64,000 nucleotides of DNA from Antedon mediterranea (lineage: Eukaryota; Animalia; Echinodermata): positions 24,366,001-24,430,000 of the forward strand of contig NC_092674.1 in the NCBI RefSeq assembly GCF_964355755.1, in the 5' to 3' direction. The stretch's first letter is position 1, and the number at the start of each line of letters is the position of its first letter. The notes beneath the pieces were generated by a model. It ran no database searches. It was not told the origin of the DNA and saw nothing but the letters and a program-made list of their open reading frames with translations. The position numbers were made by a program, and so were the translations under genes. This document shows, one piece after another, positions 40,001-51,300 of this stretch.

Positions 40001-43000
40001 ACAATTTCATTTTATATACTTAAAATGCTGACCATGCAATAGCACTTTCAATCATTAAAATGGCAACAAAATAATGCATGGCATATTACATGAAATCAAC
40101 CTATGGAATGTGAAAGTTAGACTTTAAACAATAACATAAAAAATCCGCAATGAAAATGCTTAGTGCTTTTTTTTAAAATCCTGTTTTTTTTAATATTTTG
40201 TACATAATTTAGTTTAAGTTTCCTTGTAAAAGGCCTATTGTCATTTTTTAACACCTTTTATTTTACTTACTCTGGATGCTCCTTCATTCAAGAAGTGTGC
40301 CACTGTTTCAAAGTGTCTTCCAAAGGGAGGACAATATATCTTTAAATATCGTTGAAATAAAATTAAATAAATAAAATGTTCAATCTGTTTCTTACCTGAA
40401 TTTATAATTACAATGTCTTCACCAGGGTTTAAGTGTGTCTTATTCTTTAGCCCATTCAATTTTACTGGACGCATAGCAGCACCTTATGAAAAAATAATAA
40501 TGTTTCAAACATTGGTTTGGTAATTTTTAATTTCAGTTTTTAAAATGTGTCTCTTTTACTTTGTATTGATTGGAGACATATTGGATTTATTAAAAAATAT
40601 TTACCAGACACAGGACTGTAATAAATTGTGGATTCATTTAAAAAGATAAAACTCTCTGATCTGTAGTTGAGTTGAGTCGCAGGCATATACACCCCTTTGG
40701 TTGGAAATGGAATAGTCTCCGACCCATCTTGAACCTGGCTTGCTAAGTAGTTGAAGTTTTTCATCACAGTATAGGAATAGTCCACTTGCATGAGTAGGGT
40801 TGCTTTATGTTTCAATGGGTGTAGGAATACTCCCGATATTAAAAATGGTCCCTGATAGGAAATAAAATGTAGGTAAAATGCTAGATGTCAATAAATACTA
40901 TTTTACTTGTATAGAAAAATCAAATTATCCATAATCACCTTTGTCAGGTATTTATTACATTTTAACATTTCAGTTACAAATTTTCGAAGCCACAATTAAA
41001 CTGTGTGGTTCTTCTCCGGACTTATATATATCGATTTCTTGTCCTTTTAATTGATGTCTTATGATGATTATTGATGTACTTTTATTTTCTTATGTATTTC
41101 ATATGGCTTGTAAATGTATTATTATTATTTTATTATTCAATTCATTATCTTTCGAAATTCATCTTCGAGTTTATTTTGAAAATTCCATCATACCAAATAA
41201 TTAGAACACGATATGAGTCCCGTAATTTCACCTATGCTACACTGTATATAGATATACAGTATATACTGTACATATTGTATATGACACATAATAGGCACAA
41301 CTCAGCACTATAAGTGTATATGCATCATGTCATAGGATGGCGTACATCAACTTTTAACGATCGTATGTTAACGTACATGCATGTTTAAAAAATGTTAATT
41401 TTATTAAAATGATAAAAATGATCACCTATAATTCGTCAAAGTGACGAATTAAATTCTAGTTATTATTTTATTATTGTAATATTGTATTATAATAAATAAC
41501 TACAGCAAAATGTATAACTGATGCAGTGGTTATATTAAAACCTAATAATATGATATTAATATTTAATGAATAAATAATAAAATAATAAAAATATAAAATG
41601 CTAGAAATATTATTTAAATTGACTTTTTTTTTTCAAACCTGGTAATTATGTGAAACTGTAACTTGTTGAAACAAATGTCCTCCATCGTTGGACCACCAGA
41701 CCAAGGGATCATCAGTGATTATTTCTGAATTAAATGCAAATACTATAGAATTTTGACCCTAAAAGAAAACCAATAACATCATACAGTTAAACTCCTATTA
41801 AGGGGACACCTTCGGGACCCAACAAAGTGTCCCTTTTATAATTGTGATGTCTTAAAGAAAGGGTTCTAATGTGTTTTGATAATAGTTGCACCCCTATTAT
41901 GGGGACACCTTTAAACCCAACAAAATGTCCCCTTAATAATTGTGATGTCTTAAAGAAAGGGTTCTAATGTGTTTTGATAATAGTTGCACCCCTATTATGG
42001 GGACACCTTTAAAACCCAACAAAATGTCCCCTTAATAATTGTGATGTCTTAAAGGAAGGGTTCTAATGTGTTTTGATAATAGTTGAACCCCTATTATGGG
42101 GACACCTTTAAAACCCAACAAAATGTCCCCTTAATAATTGTGATGTCTTAAAAGAAGGGTACTGTGTTATATTAATAGTAGCACCCCTATTAAGGGGACA
42201 CCTTTAAAACCCAACAAAATGTCCCCTTAATAATTGTGATGTCTTAAAGGAAGGGTACTGTGTTATATTAATAGTAGCACCCCTATTAAGGGGACACCTT
42301 CGGGACCCAACAAAGTGTCCCTTTTATAATTGTGATGTCTTAAAGAAAGGGTTCTAATGTGTTTTGATAATAGTTGAACCCCTATTAAGGGGACACCTTT
42401 AAAACCCAACAAAATGTCCCCTTAATAATTGTGATGTCTTAAAGGAAGGGTACTGTGTTATATTAATAGTAGCACCCCTATTATGGGGACACCTTTAAAA
42501 CCCAACAAAATGTCCCCTTAATAATTGTGATGTCTTAAAGGAAGGGTACTGTGTTATATTAATAGTAGCACCCCTATTATGGGGACACCTTTAAAACCCA
42601 ACAAAATGTCCCCTTAATAATTGTGATGTCTTAAAGGAAGGGTACTGTGTTATATTAATAGTAGCACCCCTATTATGGGGACACCTTTAAAATCCAACAA
42701 AATGTCCCCTTAATAATTGTGATGTCTTAAAGGAAGGGTACTGTGTTATATTAATAGTAGCACCCCTATTAAGGGGACACCTTTAAAACCCAACAAAATG
42801 TCCCCTTAATAATTGTGATGTCTTAAAGGAAGGGTACTGTGTTATATTAATAGTAGCACCCCTATTAAGGGGACACCTTCGGGACCAACAAAGTGTCCCT
42901 TTTATAATTGTGATGTCTTAAAGAAAGGGTTCTAATGTGTTTTGATAATAGTTGAACCCCTATTATGGGGACACCTTTAAAACCCAACAAAATGTCCCCT

Positions 43001-45020
43001 TAATAATTGTGATGTCTTAAAGGAAGGGTACTGTGTTATATTAGTAGTAGCACCCCTATTAAGGGGACACCTTTAAGAACCAACAAATTGTCCCCTTAAT
43101 GTAGTGTGTACCCTGGAAAGAGGTTGATTGTAGTGGTAAAATATACTTTATATCCCACTTAATGTTTCATGAGAAAGTGTCCCCTTAATAATTGTGTCAC
43201 CTGAATCAGGTTTCCTCAAAGGAGGGACCTATTGTACTTCAAAATACCTTTGATTTGATTACAACACATTTTGCATGCTAATCAACAATGTAATCAAAAT
43301 CAATCAAAAATGTAATTATTACTGACCACACACCAGGAGGTGTCCTCTGTATAGCAGCAAGGGGAGGTAACAATCCAGTTAATATATTCTGATATTCCAT
43401 GACCCCTGGTTGCATTCATAGTATGCAAATTCACCACCAGAACCTCACCACTAACAGCCAGTAACAATGTATCTTTAATAAACGCTACGCATGTGACATA
43501 GCTATCATCTGACTGTAAAAATGTATTAATATATCGATGTTAATTCTGCTATATTACATAAATAAAATATATTAGTTTATTGTAATATTATACTATTTAC
43601 TATCTACTATCCGACTTCATGTGACAAAAAAAGTGATATATAGACGCAAAACACACTGTCTTTGATAGTGTAGACAGAGCTTTAAAGCTCCAATAATTTA
43701 ATATATACTAAGTTCTTCAATTCATACATGATAAAAATCGCTGATTCAAATCTTGATCATCTGGCTCACCTGAAGTATGTTAATTGGAACAGAAAGTGGA
43801 AATACAGGTGTCTGAAATGCATCCTTTGTTACGTACAGATAGTTACTGAAAAGGTAAATCAGATTGTTTGTTTCATTATTTATCTCATGACGACATTTAG
43901 TTTTTAAAATATTTCATTTATAAAAGTAGGCCTCTCTGTAACTTGTAGTAAATACAGTCAACTCTCTCAATATCAGACATCTTTGGGCTGGCCAAATATG
44001 TCTGGTTTTCAAGAATGTCTAATATTCGGAAAGTGTGTACTCTACATTTACCACATATGACTGAGTATTATAGTTCCAGGGGAGCATGTGTGTAATGTGG
44101 TAAGAATTAGGGGTGAGATTATACTCAGATATTGCATTAACAAAATGCAGTTTTTCTTTTCTCTCCAAATTTATCCCAAAATAGTGGGTGGAATTATTAT
44201 ACATATACTATATATTGGTACAGTAATGTACCTCAGTATCACAGACACTTTCAGGTCACAAGGGTGCTGGATTAATGATGTTATTGTCATGTTTGAGTTC
44301 AGTATCACTGATCCATTCATAGAAGACGGGTGAACTTGTTTGCTTGGTAATGGCTGGAAAACAAGAGCATCTCTGGAAAAATAGATTTTTATTTAGATTA
44401 AACAAAGTGTCATTATTAATGATAATATAGCCTAGCTAGAGATAGACATGTCTATGCTAGAGAGAAGCATAATAATAATATTGTCGATGGACATAGGCTA
44501 TCCCTGTCGGTCTAACCTCTTCTGGCGGCACCGAGTTGTTTTATGTTAGGACTTTTAGATAGGCTAGCCTAGAGAGGCCTAGGCCTACTAGCCTAGTTAG
44601 GTTTATTTTATGTAGGATATCTGATAAAAATAACTGATCGACTTGCCAGGAGTCTTTAAAGAATCATCTGTTTCTCAATCTCATTGATGAGAGCTCATGA
44701 TTTTTCAAGAAACAATAGACTTAATATTTCCCATACACTTCTTAGGTCTAACCAATCAAAAGCACAACAGGGTAGGTTTTAACGCGTCCGCCCGCGCCAC
44801 CACCACCAGGCCAGCCAGGTGCATCCTGATGATTCCTGGCTGCAGCCTGGTGGGGCACGACGGACGGTGTATGTTTTATTAGATCATGAGGGGCCTGGTG
44901 TACAGTAGCCTAATAAATGCTTTTTAATCACAGGAATATCTCAAACTAGATTGCTTACCCAGTAACCATAGTTGTTCTGTTCAAACATATGCATGTTATT
45001 ATTATATAACAGAGATACAT
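34077..45020 (-). CDS. CATSPERD: Cation channel sperm-associated auxiliary subunit delta (CatSper delta/TMEM146), ~757 aa, 20 exons
   Basis: Phase-consistent GT-AG exons: 45020-44959, 44372-44232, 43845-43770, 43512-43327, 41758-41639, 40851-40605, 40482-40396, 39971-39886, 39375-39199, 38675-38562, 37978-37886, 37767-37727, 37497-37413, 37188-37136, 36791-36741, 36642-36508, 35805-35706, 34994-34908, 34661-34507, 34254-34077 (TAG), totalling 2274 nt. Motifs are colinear with vertebrate CATSPERD as I recall it: IQHPCD...YLYVTKDAFQTPVFPLSVP, VTCVAF...PCCYT...WCV, WWSNDGG, VSNPD, GGCPPG, YDPTF...VGCPFLV...FKPIIEL, DINGRFTFTYTMT, VVDPNYSFC...VEVYGALP, then one C-terminal TM helix. Confidence 0.9.
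38690..38980 (-). mobile_element. tRNA-derived SINE (central domain resembles MetaSINE)
   Basis: The minus strand begins GAGTGAGGTGGCCGAGTGGTTAA (A box) and contains TCGGATAAGGACTTAAACCGTAG. A second copy lies at about 51840-52085 (+) and a 3' fragment at about 48815-48915. Confidence 0.65.
41782..43115. repeat. Tandem array of 14 ~96-99-bp units derived from a Tc1/mariner-like MITE, in CATSPERD intron 4
   Basis: Each unit contains CCCCTATTA[AT]GGGGACACC...TGTCCC[CT]TT. Solitary copies of the same family lie at about 33860-33940, 36360-36483, 58352-58565 and 59659-59736. Confidence 0.92.
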
Positions 45021-45317
45021 CTTACAAAAATAATCCCAATCCAAAACAACTGGAACTACAATCGCATTTTTTTCGCGCAAAAAAGTTTGAAAAATTTATT
45101 TTATAGGTGGCGCTCTATCTTTACCAATATTATACGTTTCTATAAATCTAATTTTCCATTCATTTTGATTCATTCTTATGCTAACAGAAAAATATTAATT
45201 TAAGTTTTTACAATATAATTTTACTGTAACATGAAATAACTAAAAATATTAAAAACGTTACTATTCGGAAGTTATAATAAACTCACATAGACCGAGGCCA
45301 AACAACATTTCATCAAA
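45021..45317. promoter_or_regulatory. Putative bidirectional promoter between CATSPERD and AGFG1
   Basis: 297 bp between divergent ATGs. E2F-like TTTCGCGC (45071-45078), CHR-like TTTGAA (45086-45091), AACTACAAT (45054-45062), and YY1-like CAAAATGGCG overlapping the AGFG1 start. Confidence 0.65.
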
Positions 45318-48300
45318 ATGGCGTCCAAACGGAAGCAAGATGATAAACACCTCAAAATTCTACGGGAAATGGTGGCCAAGGAGCACAATAAAACATGTTT
45401 TGATTGTCATCAGAGGGGGCCAACATATGTAAATATGAAAATAGGATCGTTTGTTTGTACATCGTGTAGTGGAATCTTGTAAGTAACAAGTATTAAATCT
45501 TAGCCCAATCAGCGATGTGTCCGTACGATATTTCTAGACGGAATGTACGGATGAGTGGGGGTCACGACCACTCCCATCATTTCGCAACGCCTACTTCCAT
45601 GTGGTTAATGTGTATTGCGTTTAGTTTACTCTTCGAAAAATAATAATATAACTAGGCATAGTGAAAATAAATGACGCTAATATTATGATGTGTTAGTGTT
45701 ACACAATATTGACAATTAATTTACATCATACTTCATTTTCACACCTTTTTTCGTTCGTATGAAAGTGGTTGATTATTATATGTTTGACATAATAATCTAC
45801 ATACAACATCAATAGTTTATTTGTGTGCAGTATGTCTGTTGTGAATGTGTGATTGCAACTATTATATTGTATGCCTAGTGGTAGGCTAGGCTTTAGTGAT
45901 TTGTTGTGTTGTGAAGTGGTTCCTCAATCAGAATTACTATATAACTAGGCCAAGGACAAGGCCTACAGTAGCCTATTACAATATTGTTATTTACAGTATA
46001 TTATCAGTTACTGTATATCACATTCTCACTGAGTTTTATTTATTTAGGTATGATTAAAAAACAGATACTGTACTGGATAGTAAAATCACCATTCAACTGT
46101 ACCTAATTCAGTCAATGAGCAATCAGTGATTGTGGAATGTACAATTATATTATTACCTATATCTAAATTAAATCGTTCTCAAGTTCACTGAACACAAAGT
46201 AAGATGCATAGAATAGATAGAGAATTCTTACTGACATGCTGCACCACATTACTCTAGTCTAGAGACTAGTTTATGTTGTCTATTCATCCAATTGTTTGAA
46301 AAAAAAAACCTTTTTTATCAGGATAGATTGACTTCAACATTATTCAATTTGAATTTAAAATGCTGACCAAATTTAATTAATCCTAATGAACATGGCCTAC
46401 AGTTGTTAATGGCATACAGTAACTGCATTAGCTACATCACCACAAAATCAATAGCACAACAAAGCAGACTATCTACAGCAGGTTCAGTAAATACAAATTA
46501 AATTGTTTAAATAGCAAAGGGTGTAGTAAGATTAGTATCTTCCAGGCCTTGTCTTTTTAAAATGATAGGTGTGCTACACATTGCACTCCTCTTACTTTCA
46601 GGGATGCTGTAGGTGTGCTGTTTGTATTTTGCTGTGTAGAAATTTACAAAATTTAAGCGTGTTGTAAATCGCACTCCTCAAGGGCAGTTTAGGAGTGTGT
46701 TTAGGTGAGTGGTCGCACACGCTCACCTTAAAAGACAAGGCCTGATCTTCTGTATTTGGACAGGCTTATAGTGAAATTGTTTAATTATTACATTATAACT
46801 TATATATGTATATTACCAGCTAATTCCATTCTCAATTTTTGTTTTATGATGGTAGATTATCCAATAGGTCACACATCAGTGATTTTGTTCTGATTCAAAT
46901 ATTGACCAATAAAGTTATTCACCAGATAGGACACCATGTGACCCAATTTCGATCCAGAGAATCCCTCTAAGTTTTAATGTTTTCTACAGTACACTACAGT
47001 ATATGGGATGATGCAGTCAGTTTGTTTAGTCACTGACTGTCACGACAAGTACTGTATGCAATATATACAGTAAAGTGATTATACACAATTTAGTACTGTT
47101 CTACTATACAGTAAACATGGTTTTATCAGCCAGTAGTGAGGCATTTAATACAGCAATTTGTAGATAAAGGACACTTTATAACAATTAGTTAAACAAATCA
47201 TATATAAGTTTTATCAAGATGTACAGTGTGCCATGTTTGACAGTGTTTTCTCCTGAAGCAGGTTTTGCCAGTAAGATTTACCGGACTGAATTGGCTCCTC
47301 CAACTGGTATTAAGAATGGTTTTGGACCTATACATAAAATAAACACTTATCTAGTAGTAGTGGTAGGTTAGGCCTACCCATTAAAATGATAGACCAAGAG
47401 AAATCAAAGTCTAATTTGCCAGACTTGATTTCTTGTAAAATTGTTTGACTAATTTGACATTACTGTATACTGTACTGTACCTTTAATTAGTATCAATCAA
47501 AATAAACTTTACTTGGACAAATAATATTGATATTAAAATGTTTCTTTTGGTATTCATGAACAATGTACTGTATACATACATGCACATAAACAATTTATAT
47601 TCAAGCGCCTTATCAAAAAAATGTTAAAGGCCAGGTGCGGGCAAAAAATTTCTATTGATCATATACATTCCAATAATTATCGATCTATAGTTTCCCCATG
47701 TTTCATAATTTTTGGGATTTTATTTGTGTTACAGGAGCTTTTTGAAAATTAGCACTTTCATATCAGTTCAGATAGTTCAAATTACACAGTAAAATCTCTA
47801 TTCTTTTGTACACAAATTTTGAAAATAGAGAGACATTTTAAAAAGCTATGAAAAATAAACGGTGTTGTAAAAAATGTTATCAGATGACTAAATATAGGTA
47901 ATATAACTTGAATTTTACATTTCTGGTATTTTTATTCAACTTCCGAATTTTATTTTCATGCTATAGCAAAAATTATCCACCGTATATCCACCATCTTTTT
48001 TCACCTTCTAGGGAGTCACCAGACATGTTATTACATTATGTTAACTACCTAACTACTAAAAAAAAGTCTTCCTGGTTTTTTTGGCAGAATTTTGCCAAAT
48101 TCTGTATTTGACCATATTAGGGGAAATTCATGGTTTTTCATCTTGATTTCTGTTACAAATATTTAATTTATGTACAATTAACCAGATATTATATTTAAAA
48201 TTCATGCCTGTACCTGAGCTTTAAAGCGCATTACATATTCAACTATGTTGTACTGTATTTGTAACTAAATGGCACATTTGTTTACAAAAATCTTAAAAAA

Positions 48301-51300
48301 GGATCATGGTGCCAAAAAGTTTGCCAGTGGTAAAATCATTAAAAGTATTGCTTAATAATAATAATTCTTTTCTACTTTTACTTAATATGTTTTCAAGAGT
48401 GTGACCCCTGGGTTGAATGAAATCAAGCAGAGTGGAAAGCCTTACTGTAGAATAGGTTGAATTGCAAAATAGAAACAGCACACACTGTACATTCAAGCAT
48501 TAGTGTATAGTATATTTTTTAAGGGAACCATTCATTTCTGTTATGTAAATAGAAAGTTTTAAACATGTTTCATTGAGTAGACTGTTTAGTGTCAGTGTTT
48601 TATCATGGATGAAATGCTCCATGGTTTAATGTAGTTTGATAAATTTGATTTGTTTTCTTTTTCAGACGAGGAATTAATCCGCCACATCGTGTTAAATCAA
48701 TATCAATGGCAAGTTATACACCAGAAGAAATTGAATTTCTACAAAATCATGGAAATGAGGTAAACTCTACTGTATGATTATAACTTTTGTAAGCTAGACA
48801 GAATAAAAAAAAAAGTGAGTGAGTAGGGGGTTACTAGTACATCATAGCAACTGATCATACAGTAACTGGGCCCTCTGGGAGACCAGTCTGGAAAGGTCGG
48901 CAAGTATAATAAAAAAATTTCAATTCAATTGAATTGTAATACTGATGTGCATTTTTAACTTAATTTGGAATATTAATGTATAAAAATTGAGGCCCATTAT
49001 TTTTCATAATTACCATTGCACTCAAACAAAAAATATGCCTTCATATTTTATGATACCACTCGAGTCAATACTTGTATTGTAGGATTTTAATTGTAATACT
49101 GATGACTTTTGCATTTTTTTTTAATACTGTACCCCTAGTACCAGTCAGTTAACTAGCTCATGGTTAACATTGGAACTTTTAACAAATCACTCCAAAGTTA
49201 ATTAATTACTAATTATTACTATTATTGTTTTCCTCATACAGTACATCTCATCTCATAAAATAGCTCCTTTTCCTCTTATTAGTGATTTAATTAATTAAAT
49301 ACATTTCCTTTTATTAAACAGTACTGTATATTTGATGTCATTCTTTGGTGTTTCTTAAAGTTGTCTCTTAAAATTTGTTCTTTCTTTCATACTGTACCAC
49401 AACAATTTCAAACATTCTCCATGAAATGATTTTAAAAACCGGTATTTGACAATTGAGACCAAAATCAATTGAAGATTTTAGAAAAGCATATTTTTAATAT
49501 ATATGCTGGGAAGAAAATACTGTACTACTCAAAATGTTGTATTTAAATCCGTATTCTTCTGCTCAGCAGAAACAGGCCCTTTCTTCACCATGCAAAATAT
49601 TAATTTATTGTTTGAACAACTTAATATTTTATATTCATTCATTATATAGTTTTATAACACACCTGACTGTATTCTTGTAATTTGGAATTAGCCCTACAGT
49701 ATCTAATGAAAAAGCGATATCTTAATTAATGGTGACAATGAATGGTTCTAATGCACGTTCACCTTTCAAGTTTCTATAAACATTTTGAGAATATTTGCCA
49801 TGTGACTTTGTTTACTGATTGCGTTTGGAAATCAACTTGTTGTCTGCAACTAATCTACCCTGCGTCTAAAGTTGGAGCATTGCCATTTTTAAGAGCCTAG
49901 CTTCCCGGCCTAGCATTCGTCAAGATTTACGATGGATAAGTTGATTAAAAGTATGTGATAAAACAAATAATTAATGTTTTGTATTCCACCTCGTTGAATA
50001 GAGCAGTCAATTTTTCAACTCATATAAACATTCAATATTTTGTATATTATTTCCTCTTTGGTGTATCCAGGTATGTCGTCAAATATGGTTAGGTTTGTAC
50101 GACTCAAAGTCAAGAGCTGAACCGGAATCAAAAGAGGAACAGAAAGTCAAGGACTTTATGGCTCAGAAATATGAACGTAAACGCTGGTACGTGGAGCCTA
50201 GTCAAGCAGCAGCTGTAGCGAGTCAAAAGGAACGAGAACGCAAGCAGAAAGAAGCGGTGGCAAAGACTAATAGTTTTCCAGAACCAAAGCCGTTGAAATC
50301 TCTTATCTCGGAACCACCAAAGCTGGTAGTTGGCAGACAGAATAAGGTACTGTATTTAAATAGAGGGATCATCTATTAAGAATATAAGTTTGTGTCAAGC
50401 TCTGTCTACACTATCATAACTATTATAGTGTGACAGAAAAAGGTAGTGATATCCCAAATAAGGTAGTGATATGCCCAGATAAGGTAGTGATATGTCCAAA
50501 CAAGGTAGTGATATGTCATCTATCTTGTCCATATTTCATAGCCACACCACATTTTTTTGTCAAACTAGTTTGATATCGTAGACAGAATTTCATATATACT
50601 GTAGATCATCTTGTTTGTATGTTGTATATGTGTTTTGCTTGTTACTGTACTGTACCTTCCAATCAGGGTACCAATTCTGCTACAGTGGTGCCTCTATGTG
50701 TTCTCGACAAAATCAAATCCACTCTGACAATATGATGAGATGTAACAAAAATATTTAATTGTCTTCATGAACATACATTTGATGTTTTATGGCTGCTGAA
50801 TATGCTATATTTATTAATAACTATAGTCAAGTAATGAATTCTCCTTTAATGGGATAAGTGTCAATTTGCACGCATTGGGTAATATGTTATTATGCACTTT
50901 GTTACCAAATAAATTCATAAATGAAAACAGTTTACAGAAGCCCCTATATAACTGGAGTGACACAAAATTCTCTTTAAAATGGTTCAGTTTTAAATTTAAA
51001 TTCTTTATTGCTTGCTTAAAAGTTAAAATATGGGGCCTTTACTGTACTACTACCACTGGATAGATCATGCTTTATTTACTGTACTATGTACAGTACAAAA
51101 AAAAACAATTATCACAATTTCTACTAATTGTTATATTTTTCATGGCTGCTGTAAGTCTATTGTCTAGTGTTTCCCTGAGGTGGTGGGTATCTAGTTTCAT
51201 CAGAATATCTTTGTTCTCTCCTCTTACTAGATCCACAAGACTATAGAGAATTTTCCATAATTGACTCTTTGTACATTTCTCACTTGTTTTTCAAGCTCAA

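Noticed and set aside
40271-40339. Extra CATSPERD exon (IYCPPFGRHFETVAHFLNEGASR) with AG/GTAAGT borders
   Set aside because: It is open only in phase 0-0 but lies in a phase-1 intron, where inclusion would give a TGA stop. The flanking exons join correctly without it.
41782-43115. CRISPR-like array of palindromic repeats
   Set aside because: The intervening segments are themselves repeated rather than unique spacers, there are no cas genes, and it lies in a eukaryotic intron.
44232-45020. Initial resemblance of the N-terminus (GDALVFQP) to tectonic-2
   Set aside because: All downstream exons match CatSper delta motifs and none match tectonic.
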